Part shown: one piece after another, positions 36,024 through 44,072 of the stretch
How the letters are laid out: the number at the start of each line of letters is the position of its first letter
How positions within the stretch are numbered: position 1 is the first letter of the stretch
From: Candidatus Zapsychrus exili
GTDB taxonomy: Bacteria; Omnitrophota; Gorgyraeia; Zapsychrales; Zapsychraceae
DNA length: 44,072 nucleotides
NCBI GenBank assembly: GCA_030765585.1
Contig: JAVCCJ010000061.1
Coordinates: 1-44,072 of the forward strand
Direction of reading: 5' to 3'
The notes under the pieces: model-generated
Databases searched by the model: none
Seen by the model: only the letters and a program-made list of their open reading frames with translations
What the model was told of the DNA's origin: nothing
Made by a program: the position numbers and the translations under genes

Positions 36024-37019
36024 TTATGGAACTTGGACTTCATCAAAAATTCTTTGGATTATATCTTCTGAGGTTTTTTCTTCAGCTTCGGCTTCATAAC
36101 TTACTATAATTCTATGACGCAAAACATCTAATCCTATAGTTTTTACATCTTGAGGGGTTACATAACCTCTGCCTTGAATAAAAGCATATGCTTTTGCAGC
36201 TAATGCTAAATTAATTGTAGCCCTCGGAGATGCTCCATTTTGTATAAGACCACTTAAATCTTCTAGCTTATACTTTTCAGGGCTTCTTGTGGCTTCAACT
36301 AAATCAACAATATAATTTTCAATCTTTTCATCCATATATACTTCATTAACAACACCTCTTGCTTTTAGTATATCTTCTGGATTTATAACTTGGTTGACAG
36401 TCAAATCATTGCTAGTGTTAGACATTCTTCTAAGAATTTTTAACTCTTCTTCTTTTGTTGGGTAAGTAATTCTTACCTTTAACATAAAACGGTCAACTTG
36501 TGCTTCAGGCAAAGGATAAGTTCCCTCTTGTTCAATAGGATTCTGAGTCGCCATAACCAGAAATGGATCCTCTAATTTTAAGGTCTCTTCTCCAATTGTC
36601 ACTTGTCTCTCTTGCATGGCCTCAAGCAAAGCACTTTGAACTTTGGCTGGTGCACGATTAATCTCGTCGGCAAGTATCATATTCGAAAATATTGGTCCTT
36701 TTTTAATATTAAATTTTCCACTACTTTGATCATAAATAAGCGTTCCTGTTAAATCAGCTGGTAACATATCAGGTGTAAATTGAATTCTTTGAAAACCTGT
36801 CTGTATTGCAGATGCTAAGGTTTTAACTGCTGTTGTTTTTGCCAGACCTGGAACACCTTCAATTAAAACATGTCCGTTGGCAAGTAATCCAACCATAAGG
36901 CGCTCTAAAAGATATTTCTGACCAACAATAACCTTTTGCATTTCCATAAAAAGAGCTTCAATAAAAGCACTTTCTTTTTTTACTTTTTCATTTATTACTG
37001 TTATTCCTGCATCTGACAT
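36024..37019 (-). CDS. moxR: MoxR family AAA+ ATPase
   Basis: EGVPGLAKT, RIQFTPDMLPAD, DEINRAPAKVQSALLEAMQE and NPIEQEGTYPLPEAQVDRF motifs. Confidence 0.96.
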   Translation of the reverse strand: MSDAGITVINEKVKKESAFIEALFMEMQKVIVGQKYLLERLMVGLLANGHVLIEGVPGLAKTTAVKTLASAIQTGFQRIQFTPDMLPADLTGTLIYDQSSGKFNIKKGPIFSNMILADEINRAPAKVQSALLEAMQERQVTIGEETLKLEDPFLVMATQNPIEQEGTYPLPEAQVDRFMLKVRITYPTKEEELKILRRMSNTSNDLTVNQVINPEDILKARGVVNEVYMDEKIENYIVDLVEATRSPEKYKLEDLSGLIQNGASPRATINLALAAKAYAFIQGRGYVTPQDVKTIGLDVLRHRIIVSYEAEAEEKTSEDIIQRIFDEVQVP

Positions 37020-37062
37020 ATTGTTTCCTCCTTTTTAAAGTGGTATCGCCTAAAAAACAGGC

Positions 37063-37189
37063 TAGTGGTAAAGTGGTATAGAGGTAAGAAAGAGCTAATC
37101 AAAAAAACATTCTTTATTAATTTTTATTTTTTTGTTTGTTCAATTTTCTTATTTCTCTACCACTTTATCACTTTACCTCTCTACCTCTT
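37063..37189. repeat. Inverted pair of octamer tandem arrays (AAGTGGTA-type)
   Basis: tagtggta aagtggta tagaggta (37063-37086) and taccactt tatcactt tacctctc tacctctt (37158-37189). Confidence 0.8.
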
Positions 37190-37194
37190 TGCAA

Positions 37195-38940
37195 TTATAC
37201 ATTCCTTAAAACAGCACCTGTATCTGCGCTTGTTACAAGATGCGAATAGCGAGCAAGCCATCCACCTTTTACTTTAGATTTAAACGGCTTTTGCGCCTTT
37301 AAACGCTTGGCTATCTCTGCTTTAGACAATTTAACATTTAGTTTACTTTTATGAACATCTATTTCAATTATGTCGCCATTTTTAACAATGCCTATCTCAC
37401 CACCTGCTGCTGCCTCTGGTGCAACGTGTCCAATACAAAGACCTCTTGTTCCACCTGAAAAACATCCGTCAGTAATAAGAGCTGCTTTTATACCTGCTCC
37501 TCTAATGGCAGCCGTTGGTGATAACATCTCTTGCATTCCAGGACCACCCTTTGGTCCTTCATAGCGAATAACAACAACATCTCCATCTTTTACTTGTGCC
37601 TTTAATATTCCTGCCAAAGCATCTTCTTGTGACTCGAATATTTTTGCAGGTCCACTAAACGTCATCATATCGCTATCTACTCCGCTTGTTTTAACAACAG
37701 AACCTTTTTTCGCTATATTTCCAAAAAGGATTGCAAGCCCGCCTTCAGCGTTAAATGCTTTGTTTACAGGACGTATTATATCTCCATCGGCAACAGGAGA
37801 TTTACTTACATAATTACCTAATTTTCCATAAACAGTTTTTGCGCTTAGATTAAGCGGTGCTTTTTTGCCCTTTGCAACTGCCTTTAATATAGCGCCCATT
37901 CCTCCAACCTTATGAACATCTTCAATATGTACATCTGGTCGTGAAGGAGAAATCTTTGCAACATTTGCAGTTAATCTTGATATTTGCTCAATCCTTTTAA
38001 GATCATATTTAATACCTGCTTCATGGGCTAAAGCTAAAACGTGTAGCACAGTATTAGTTGATCCGCCCATTGCCATATCAAGAATAAAGGCATTATCTAT
38101 TGAGTCTTTTGTCAAAATATCTAACGGACGAATGTCTTTCTTTAAAAGTATAATCAATTGTCGTGCAGCTTGTTTTACTAAATCTATTCTTTTAGGATTT
38201 ATCTGAAATTGTTGGAAAACGCCTTTTTTTCTTTTTGTTGCGGTAATTGTTCCATTGCCAGGAAGTGCAAAGCCTAATACCTCACCTAAACAGTTCATAG
38301 AGTTTGCAGTAAACATACCAGCACAACTTCCATAACCAGGACAAGACGTTTCTGTTACCTTATTTAGATCTTTTCTACTTAATTTTCCAACACTGTGCTG
38401 ACCAACACCTTCAAATACAGATATAAGATCGCTCTTGTTGCAACCTGCGAGCATAGGTCCACCGCTAACATAGATTGAAGGAATATTAATTCGAACCATT
38501 GCGTTATACATCGCAGGCACGATTTTATCACAATTACCAATTCCTATCCAAGCATCAGCTGGATGTGCTCCAATAATAGTTTCTATTTGGTCAGTTATAA
38601 GCTCGCGTGACGCAAGTGAGTATTTCATTCCGAAATGTCCCATTGCAATACCATCACATATAGCACCACCAATGTTTGTATACCAAACATTTACACCAGA
38701 GGCCTCTAGCTCTCGCTTTACATATTCACCTAAAATATGCAAATGGGCATGACCTGGAATTTGCGTTGTATAAGAATTAACTATTGTGACAAAAGATTTA
38801 TTTAAATCTTTGATTTTTTTTATAACACCCTCTGCCATCATCAAAGAAACACTTGGAAGCATGTGAGGACCTGACCTAAAAACACCACTTCCGTTTTTAC
38901 GTACATCTTCTATACCTTTATTTACAGCTACTTTAGACAT
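37195..38940 (-). CDS. ilvD: Dihydroxy-acid dehydratase
   Basis: [58 protein letters not shown](C)FSG and GHVAPEAA motifs. Confidence 0.96.
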   Translation of the reverse strand: MSKVAVNKGIEDVRKNGSGVFRSGPHMLPSVSLMMAEGVIKKIKDLNKSFVTIVNSYTTQIPGHAHLHILGEYVKRELEASGVNVWYTNIGGAICDGIAMGHFGMKYSLASRELITDQIETIIGAHPADAWIGIGNCDKIVPAMYNAMVRINIPSIYVSGGPMLAGCNKSDLISVFEGVGQHSVGKLSRKDLNKVTETSCPGYGSCAGMFTANSMNCLGEVLGFALPGNGTITATKRKKGVFQQFQINPKRIDLVKQAARQLIILLKKDIRPLDILTKDSIDNAFILDMAMGGSTNTVLHVLALAHEAGIKYDLKRIEQISRLTANVAKISPSRPDVHIEDVHKVGGMGAILKAVAKGKKAPLNLSAKTVYGKLGNYVSKSPVADGDIIRPVNKAFNAEGGLAILFGNIAKKGSVVKTSGVDSDMMTFSGPAKIFESQEDALAGILKAQVKDGDVVVIRYEGPKGGPGMQEMLSPTAAIRGAGIKAALITDGCFSGGTRGLCIGHVAPEAAAGGEIGIVKNGDIIEIDVHKSKLNVKLSKAEIAKRLKAQKPFKSKVKGGWLARYSHLVTSADTGAVLRNV

Positions 38941-38950
38941 ATCAATCTCC

Positions 38951-39035
38951 TAAATGAGCTCCAAGCTTACGGAACAAAGTGAACGTAAGTTTGGTGAGCG
39001 AATTTATCCCGACTTTATAAAATAAATGTCAGGAT
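38951..39035. repeat. Double-hairpin element in the ilvD 5' region
   Basis: Long bulged stem TAAATGAGCTC-CAAGCTTACG...CGTAAGTTTG-GTGAGCGAATTTA, followed by TATCCCGAC...GTCAGGATA. Confidence 0.7.
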
Positions 39036-39119
39036 ATAACAAATAATATTTATATTACTAATTAAGCTAATATTTTATCAAGAATTTAAAATATTGCAAG
39101 TGAAGGGTTTGTGGAGTTT

Positions 39120-39350
39120 TTATTTGTCTGGAACCGGATCATACCCTGACGTCCCACCGGGCCGACATCGCCAAATACGTTTAACACTTAAAACAAATCC
39201 ACGAAAAATTCCGTGTTTTTTAATAGCTTCTATTGCATATTCTGAACATGTGGGGTCGTGCCTGCAACTGTCTACAAGGAAAGGAGAAAGACAAAGCCTG
39301 TATAGCTTGATTAAAAAAATAATAAATTGTGAGAAAAGTCTTTTTAACAT
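39120..39350 (-). CDS. yidD: Membrane protein insertion efficiency factor YidD
   Basis: Y...LSP....CR..PTCSEYA.EAI.KHG..RG......RI.RC.P....GYDPVP. ATG 39350 is preferred because 39380 lies in a repeat array. Confidence 0.93.
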   Translation of the reverse strand: MLKRLFSQFIIFLIKLYRLCLSPFLVDSCRHDPTCSEYAIEAIKKHGIFRGFVLSVKRIWRCRPGGTSGYDPVPDK

Positions 39351-39370
39351 AAAGCCTATAGCAGGAGATC

Positions 39371-39482
39371 CAAATGTCAAATATCAAATATCAAATAAAT
39401 GTCAAAACTCAAATACCAAATCAATAATTTGGATTTTGTAATTTGAATTTTATTTGAAATTTGGATTTTGGATTTTGTCATT
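39371..39482. repeat. Inverted pair of heptamer tandem arrays (CAAATAT / ATTTTGG-type)
   Basis: caaatgt caaatat caaatat caaataaatgt caaaact caaatac caaat, then tttgga ttttgtaa tttgaa ... tttgga ttttgga ttttgtcatt. Confidence 0.85.
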
Positions 39483-39487
39483 ACAAT

Positions 39488-41128
39488 CTATCCTATTGAC
39501 AATCCAATTAATGCTGGATTAACAAGCAAAACAATACCTAAAAGAAGCATTATGGCGCCACCAATAAACTTAATTATTTCCATATGTCTTTGCGTTATTT
39601 GTCTGGCACGAAAAGTATAAATAAGCACTGAAATAATAACCAAAAGCGGCATAACATACACAAAATTATAAAGAGCTAAATATCCATAATAGCCAAGCGT
39701 ATTATCCAATCCTTTACCTGATAATATTCCAGTATAAATTATAGGAAAGCCTGCAGTGCACGGAAGCTCAACTAGCGATGCAAGTGAGGCCAATGCTATT
39801 GAAGATGATATTAAAAGTGGCATCGATCCATTTTGTATTACTTCTTTCATTGCGCCTATTTTTCTCATCAAAGGTCCTTTTTGACTATCTGGTATAGTCA
39901 AGCTTATTCCTTTTTTAAAGAAAAACAAATCTTTACAATTAATAATACCGGCTGCAATCGCAATTAATCCAATTGTAATTCTTAGTGGTTTAATAAAACT
40001 TATATAATTAAAAACATTAAGCCAGGCTGCCATAAAAAGAAAATAAAATACATAGACAGTTGCAACAAAACTTAATGCAACCGCAAAAAGTCTTTTTCTT
40101 GATGATGTTGTTGCAATTAAAATAGCTAAAAGACATGTTAAAACAAACATATTGCACGGGTTAAATCCGTCGACTAAAGCAATCAGGAATGTAAATATAG
40201 GAAGCGGTATTTTATATCCAGCATTCTCTAAGAAGTCCGGTGATATATTCTTTGCAGCAATAAAAAATATTGTAAGAGCGACAAAGGTAATTGAAACAAT
40301 AATAACATCTCTTAATCTTTTCTTTAAATCAAACGCCAAGCGTGCGCCTTTTGATGTCTTCTCAACTCTAAATAGTGTAAAAGCAAAACCAAAAAGAATT
40401 AATGATACTATTATCCAAAACATTGCGCCCTGCATAAAAGATGTTTTGTTCTTTACTATTTGCGGAGCCCCACCATTCCATTGAAGCCTCCATCCTCCTA
40501 TTTTAACTGCATGGCCAAAATTTATGCTTGAACCAGAAATTGGGACTGGCATCGGAGTCGCTACTTTAAAATCTATACCTTCAAGTGCATCTGCAATATC
40601 AAGCTCTGTTAAGACCTGTTTTAGTGCTTTATTGTCGCCGCCTTCTCCAGACAACAATACTCTATTTTTTGTCCAAATGTTTATCTTGCCATCAAGTGCA
40701 GCAATATCTAGCTCATCAAAACTTATTGATTTTCCGTTTGGCAGAGGAAAATCATTCTTATCCATTAACTCAATTATTTTATCTGTACCTATAACTCTAG
40801 TTGCTCCAACAGCGAAAACTTTTTTACTAAACGTAATAAAAGGAACTCCTGCACCACGTCCCGGGAAATACGTCTTAAAGTATTTATCTTTTACTTCTTT
40901 ATTCTCTTCTCTTGCCTTATAAATCTCATATTCAAAAATTATAAGATCAGGATATTTAGCAGTAAACTCTGTAAAAAGGATTGGATCTGCAACTGCGCAA
41001 TTATGACATCCTATTCCAGATAAATATACTGCGCAAACAGGCCCCTTATCCTTCGCACTGACATCAGCAGCAAGAACACTAAATAAAATTAAAAACAAAA
41101 TGAATATTTTTCTTATATTAATTCTCAA
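39488..41128 (-). CDS. Thioredoxin-like CxxC domain fused to a CcdA/DsbD-like TM domain
   Basis: Signal peptide, CHNC with a later GVPF cis-Pro, and membrane DGFNPC and ELPCTAG motifs. TTG start with an AAGGAG RBS. Confidence 0.85.
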   Translation of the reverse strand: MRINIRKIFILFLILFSVLAADVSAKDKGPVCAVYLSGIGCHNCAVADPILFTEFTAKYPDLIIFEYEIYKAREENKEVKDKYFKTYFPGRGAGVPFITFSKKVFAVGATRVIGTDKIIELMDKNDFPLPNGKSISFDELDIAALDGKINIWTKNRVLLSGEGGDNKALKQVLTELDIADALEGIDFKVATPMPVPISGSSINFGHAVKIGGWRLQWNGGAPQIVKNKTSFMQGAMFWIIVSLILFGFAFTLFRVEKTSKGARLAFDLKKRLRDVIIVSITFVALTIFFIAAKNISPDFLENAGYKIPLPIFTFLIALVDGFNPCNMFVLTCLLAILIATTSSRKRLFAVALSFVATVYVFYFLFMAAWLNVFNYISFIKPLRITIGLIAIAAGIINCKDLFFFKKGISLTIPDSQKGPLMRKIGAMKEVIQNGSMPLLISSSIALASLASLVELPCTAGFPIIYTGILSGKGLDNTLGYYGYLALYNFVYVMPLLVIISVLIYTFRARQITQRHMEIIKFIGGAIMLLLGIVLLVNPALIGLSIG

Positions 41129-41329
41129 TTACTTGGCTCCTTAAATAAATAAACTTTATTCAATATTAGCACACTTTCTACAATCATCCAAAGCTCTAAT
41201 GCAAAAACAATCGCACCTACAACAAAAAGTAACCAATTAGAAGACGCAGAAATGTATTCCTACGCCCTTACAACATATAAAATAATAAGTTGCAAAAAAT
41301 CTTCACTTTTTTCTAAGAAACTTTAGGGC

Positions 41330-42100
41330 TTAAGTTTTTCTACGGCTAGATATGTTACGCATAACACATTGTGCAGTAACTACTTCTTCATCTTTTATTA
41401 GCGGATTTGAATTTATTTCCACATAAAAAGGATTTTTATCTTTTGGCTTAAAAAGTAACTCTATTGCTTCATCTTTTCCATTTAAAAATGTTCTTTCGAG
41501 CATTTTATACGCCAAACTTAACTCTTCTTTATTTGTAAAAATCTTAGAAATATTTTCACTCTCAATTTCTTCTTCAGTATACTCTCCAAATTCTTTTATC
41601 GCTGGGCTACAATAGTGAATTGTTCCATCAATTGATATACGCATTACAACATCTCTTAACTCCTCAATAAGTTGCCTATATTTTTTCTCGCTTTCTGCTA
41701 TTTTATTTCCAAGTCTATGACGCTCAATAACATAATATATTGCGCGCATTAAAAGCTTCTCGCTGATTTGACCTTTTATAATATAATCCTGCGCACCTTC
41801 TTTAATAGATTTTATAGCAGTTGTTTCATCATCAATTCCTGTTAATACAATAATAGGTACACCTGGCGCATATAAATGAACTTTCTTAAAAGTGTCTAGC
41901 CCTACGCTATCCGGAAGATTTAAATCCAAGATAATAACATCAATTTCATCTGTATATAAGGAACTTAGTCCTTCTGAAAGAGTTTTGGCTAAAATGATAT
42001 CTAATTCCTTATTGCTTTCTTTAGATATCATAGCTTGTATAAGTTTAGCGTCGGTAGGATTATCTTCAACCAATAAACAACTAAGAGTTTTATTTTCCAT
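41330..42100 (-). CDS. Receiver plus PAS protein without output domain
   Basis: LVEDN, LDLNLPDS.G, LTG and GAQDYIIK motifs; the PAS/PAC domain ends at VMRNISSRRK followed by a stop. Confidence 0.9.
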   Translation of the reverse strand: MENKTLSCLLVEDNPTDAKLIQAMISKESNKELDIILAKTLSEGLSSLYTDEIDVIILDLNLPDSVGLDTFKKVHLYAPGVPIIVLTGIDDETTAIKSIKEGAQDYIIKGQISEKLLMRAIYYVIERHRLGNKIAESEKKYRQLIEELRDVVMRISIDGTIHYCSPAIKEFGEYTEEEIESENISKIFTNKEELSLAYKMLERTFLNGKDEAIELLFKPKDKNPFYVEINSNPLIKDEEVVTAQCVMRNISSRRKT

Positions 42101-42135
42101 AATATTTACCTTTCTAACAATAATATTACCAAAAT

Positions 42136-43947
42136 TTATACTTTACTGCGAGCATATTCGAGAAATTTATCTACTGCCAATGGCCTGCTTAAATAGTATC
42201 CTTGAACCTGGTCACATCCCTGAAAACGCAAATATGCTAACTGTTCTTCGTTTTCTACGCCTTCTGCTATAACTTTTAAATCCAAATCATGTGCCATAGA
42301 TATAATAGCTTTTATTAGGGCAGCTGTTTGTGTATCTTCTAATATATCTTTTACAAAAGATTTATCTATTTTTAACGTACTAAAAGGAAACTGTCTTACA
42401 TAATTTAAAGAAGAATATCCAATACCAAAATCATCTATAGATATTTTAACTCCCATCTTATTAAAATAATTAAGTGTCTCATTTGTTTTATCAATATTTT
42501 CTATCAATAGCCCTTCAGTTATTTCCAAATCTAAACATTCTGCAGATAATCTATTTTTACTAAGCGCTTTTGATACGCCTTCCACCAAATCTCCGCCTTT
42601 AAACTGACGAGAAGAGACATTAACAGCTATTTTTAAAGGTCTCTTTAATTTGTTTTGCCAATCTTTCATTTGGGCACAAGCAGTATCTAATACCCATTGT
42701 CCAATAGGAATAATTAATCCTGTTTCTTCTGCCAATGGTATAAAAGATACTGGTGGCATACTACCAAGCTTAACATTATTCCATCGCAATAAAGCTTCAG
42801 CACCTAGAAGTTTTCCAGAAGATATTTCAATTACTGGTTGGTATTCTAAAAACAGCTCTTTTCTTTCTAATGCATGACGAAGCTGAGATTCGATCTCTAC
42901 TCTTCTATTAGAAAGCTCATTCATCTGAGAAGTAAAAAACTGCGATGTATTTCTAGATATTTCCTTTGCCCTATACATCGCTGTATCAGAATTTCTTAAA
43001 AGAACATTTGGATCGTTCCCATCATCAGGATAAATCGTTATACCAATACTCGCTGTTATAAAAATCTCATGACGATCTAACATAAATGGATTATTAAATA
43101 TAGTTAAAATCTTTTTAGCAACAATTTCTGCCTGAATAACTGTATTTAAATCAGATAAAATCACAAGAAATTCATCCCCTCCTAAACGCGCAATGGTATC
43201 ACTATCTCGTATAACAGATTTAAGACGTCTAGAAGCCTCCAAAAGAAGCATATCTCCTAAAGAATGTCCTAAGGTATCATTTATATGTTTAAATTGATCT
43301 AAGTCAACAAACATAACCGCAACAATATTCTTCAAACGCTTTGCTCTTATTAAAGCCTGTGACAAACGGTCAATGGCTAAAACCCTATTAGGCAAATCAG
43401 TCAATGTGTCAAAATTTGCCTGATGCTCTAAACGCTTCTCATATTCTTTTTTAGCAGTAACATCTTCTTTTACTATTAAAGAATGAGTAATAACCCCTAC
43501 TGAATCTTTTATAGGAGTTACAGTAACATGTTCCCAAAGCATTTCTCCATTTTTCTTTGTTGCACACAGTTCTCCAGACCATTCTCCATCTGAATAAACT
43601 TTCTTCCAAATATTTTTATATTGTTTATCTGAAATATGCTCTGATTTTAATATATCAACACTCTCTCCTATTACATCCTTTGCAGTATATCCTGTTACTT
43701 CTATAAACTTAGAATTTATATATTCGATAATGCCTTCTGTATTAGAAATTACAACAGATGCTGGTGATTGTTCAACAGCCATAGATAATCTGCGATTTAC
43801 ATCCTCAGAACTCTTGCGTTTTGAAATATCTAACGCAGAAAAAATAGCCCCTTTAGAGAGATCTTCTCTCTCAATAGCAGAAGCACTTAACCAAATATCA
43901 AAAACTTTTCCATCTTTTCTTATCCATTTAGTTTCAACCGAGCCTGT
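42136..43947 (-). pseudogene. PAS-GGDEF-EAL c-di-GMP enzyme, 5'-truncated (intact ORF 42136-43782)
   Basis: RLGGDEF with RxxD I-site (RDSD), EALLRW and DDFGIGYSSL. The frame stays open upstream of Met 43782, encoding half a PAS domain (GSVETKWIRKDGKVFDIWLSASAI...SALDISKRK) with no start codon, up to TGA at 43957-43959. Confidence 0.8.
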
Positions 43948-44072
43948 TGTTAATGCTCACTAATTCGGTAACTCTTTTGGTATAATAATACAGCTAAAGG
44001 AGACCTAATGGTTTACAATCAACAAGTCCTTATTAAACGATGGATACCGATTCTTCAAGAGTACGAAAAGTG
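43948..44072 (+). mobile_element. Probable left end of an insertion sequence (IS481-like?), runs off the window
   Basis: PAS-coding sense ends at a TGT-starting junction (TGTTAATGCTCAC), followed by an oppositely oriented extended -10 (TGGTATAAT), an RBS and an ORF. Confidence 0.55.
44008..44072 (+). CDS. 5' fragment of an ORF (MVYNQQVLIKRWIPILQEYEK...), possible transposase
   Basis: AAAGGAGA RBS, ATG 44008, open to the window end; only 21 codons are visible. Confidence 0.55.
   Translation, partial: MVYNQQVLIKRWIPILQEYEK

Noticed and set aside
28953..37019. MoxR-vWA-TPR cluster as a novel system
   Set aside because: It matches the already described Bat (Bacteroides aerotolerance) operon layout.
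37065..37277. 70-aa + strand ORF
   Set aside because: It is built from the octamer repeat arms and the ilvD antisense strand.
39094..39441. 115-aa + strand ORF
   Set aside because: It is antisense to yidD and runs into a heptamer array.
43957..43959. TGA as selenocysteine or recoded stop extending the GGDEF-EAL gene
   Set aside because: The adjacent upstream codon is also a stop (TAG) and PAS similarity is already lost, which fits an insertion junction better.
1501..43963. Remaining short ORFs nested in or antisense to long genes (e.g. 1501-1818, 4318-4692, 12077-12406, 40524-40922, 41892-42272, 43730-43963)
   Set aside because: They are overlapped by well supported genes and have the Ser/Ile/Phe-rich composition typical of shadow frames.
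1..44072. CRISPR array, rRNA or tRNA genes
   Set aside because: No regularly spaced 25-40 bp repeats with unique spacers and no cloverleaf or rRNA-like stretch seen; nearly all space is protein coding.

Overview
AT-rich bacterial chromosomal window from what appears to be a diderm anaerobe (Mla, Bat/MoxR, PFOR, class III RNR). The gene mix resembles Ca. Omnitrophota or other PVC-group genomes, which is inference only. Most genes are on the minus strand. From left to right: an exported FKBP PPIase; mlaDFE; a ~9.6 kb signalling island; a membrane-fused B12-radical SAM gene; nrdDG with tandem NrdR boxes; a + strand FMN-binding/AmrS radical SAM cluster; a membrane spermidine-synthase-like fusion; nifJ-type PFOR; a complete moxR-DUF58-batABCDE operon; ilvD; yidD; a Trx-CcdA-like protein; a REC-PAS gene; and a PAS-GGDEF-EAL gene cut at its 5' end, probably by an IS at the right edge. 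There are two main candidates for undescribed systems. (1) 3456-13050: a PilZ-fused PhcB-like methyltransferase, two tandem 7TM-GAF histidine kinases with atypical H-Q boxes, a stand-alone 87-aa DHp protein that aligns without gaps to the kinase DHp, a REC-DHp protein, several output-less receivers and a leaderless HTH-cupin gene. This looks like a c-di-GMP-gated quorum-sensing phosphorelay with a possibly split kinase. (2) 19927-22935: an AmrS radical SAM enzyme lacking its usual N-terminal 'EAxYY/W' segment, flanked by two small proteins carrying that motif. One is membrane-anchored; the other is a 56-aa Tat peptide missing from the ORF track. The intergenic spacers also hold many unrelated palindromic or inverted short-repeat elements. 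No rRNA, tRNA or CRISPR array was seen. All family assignments come from motif recognition by eye; no database search was run.
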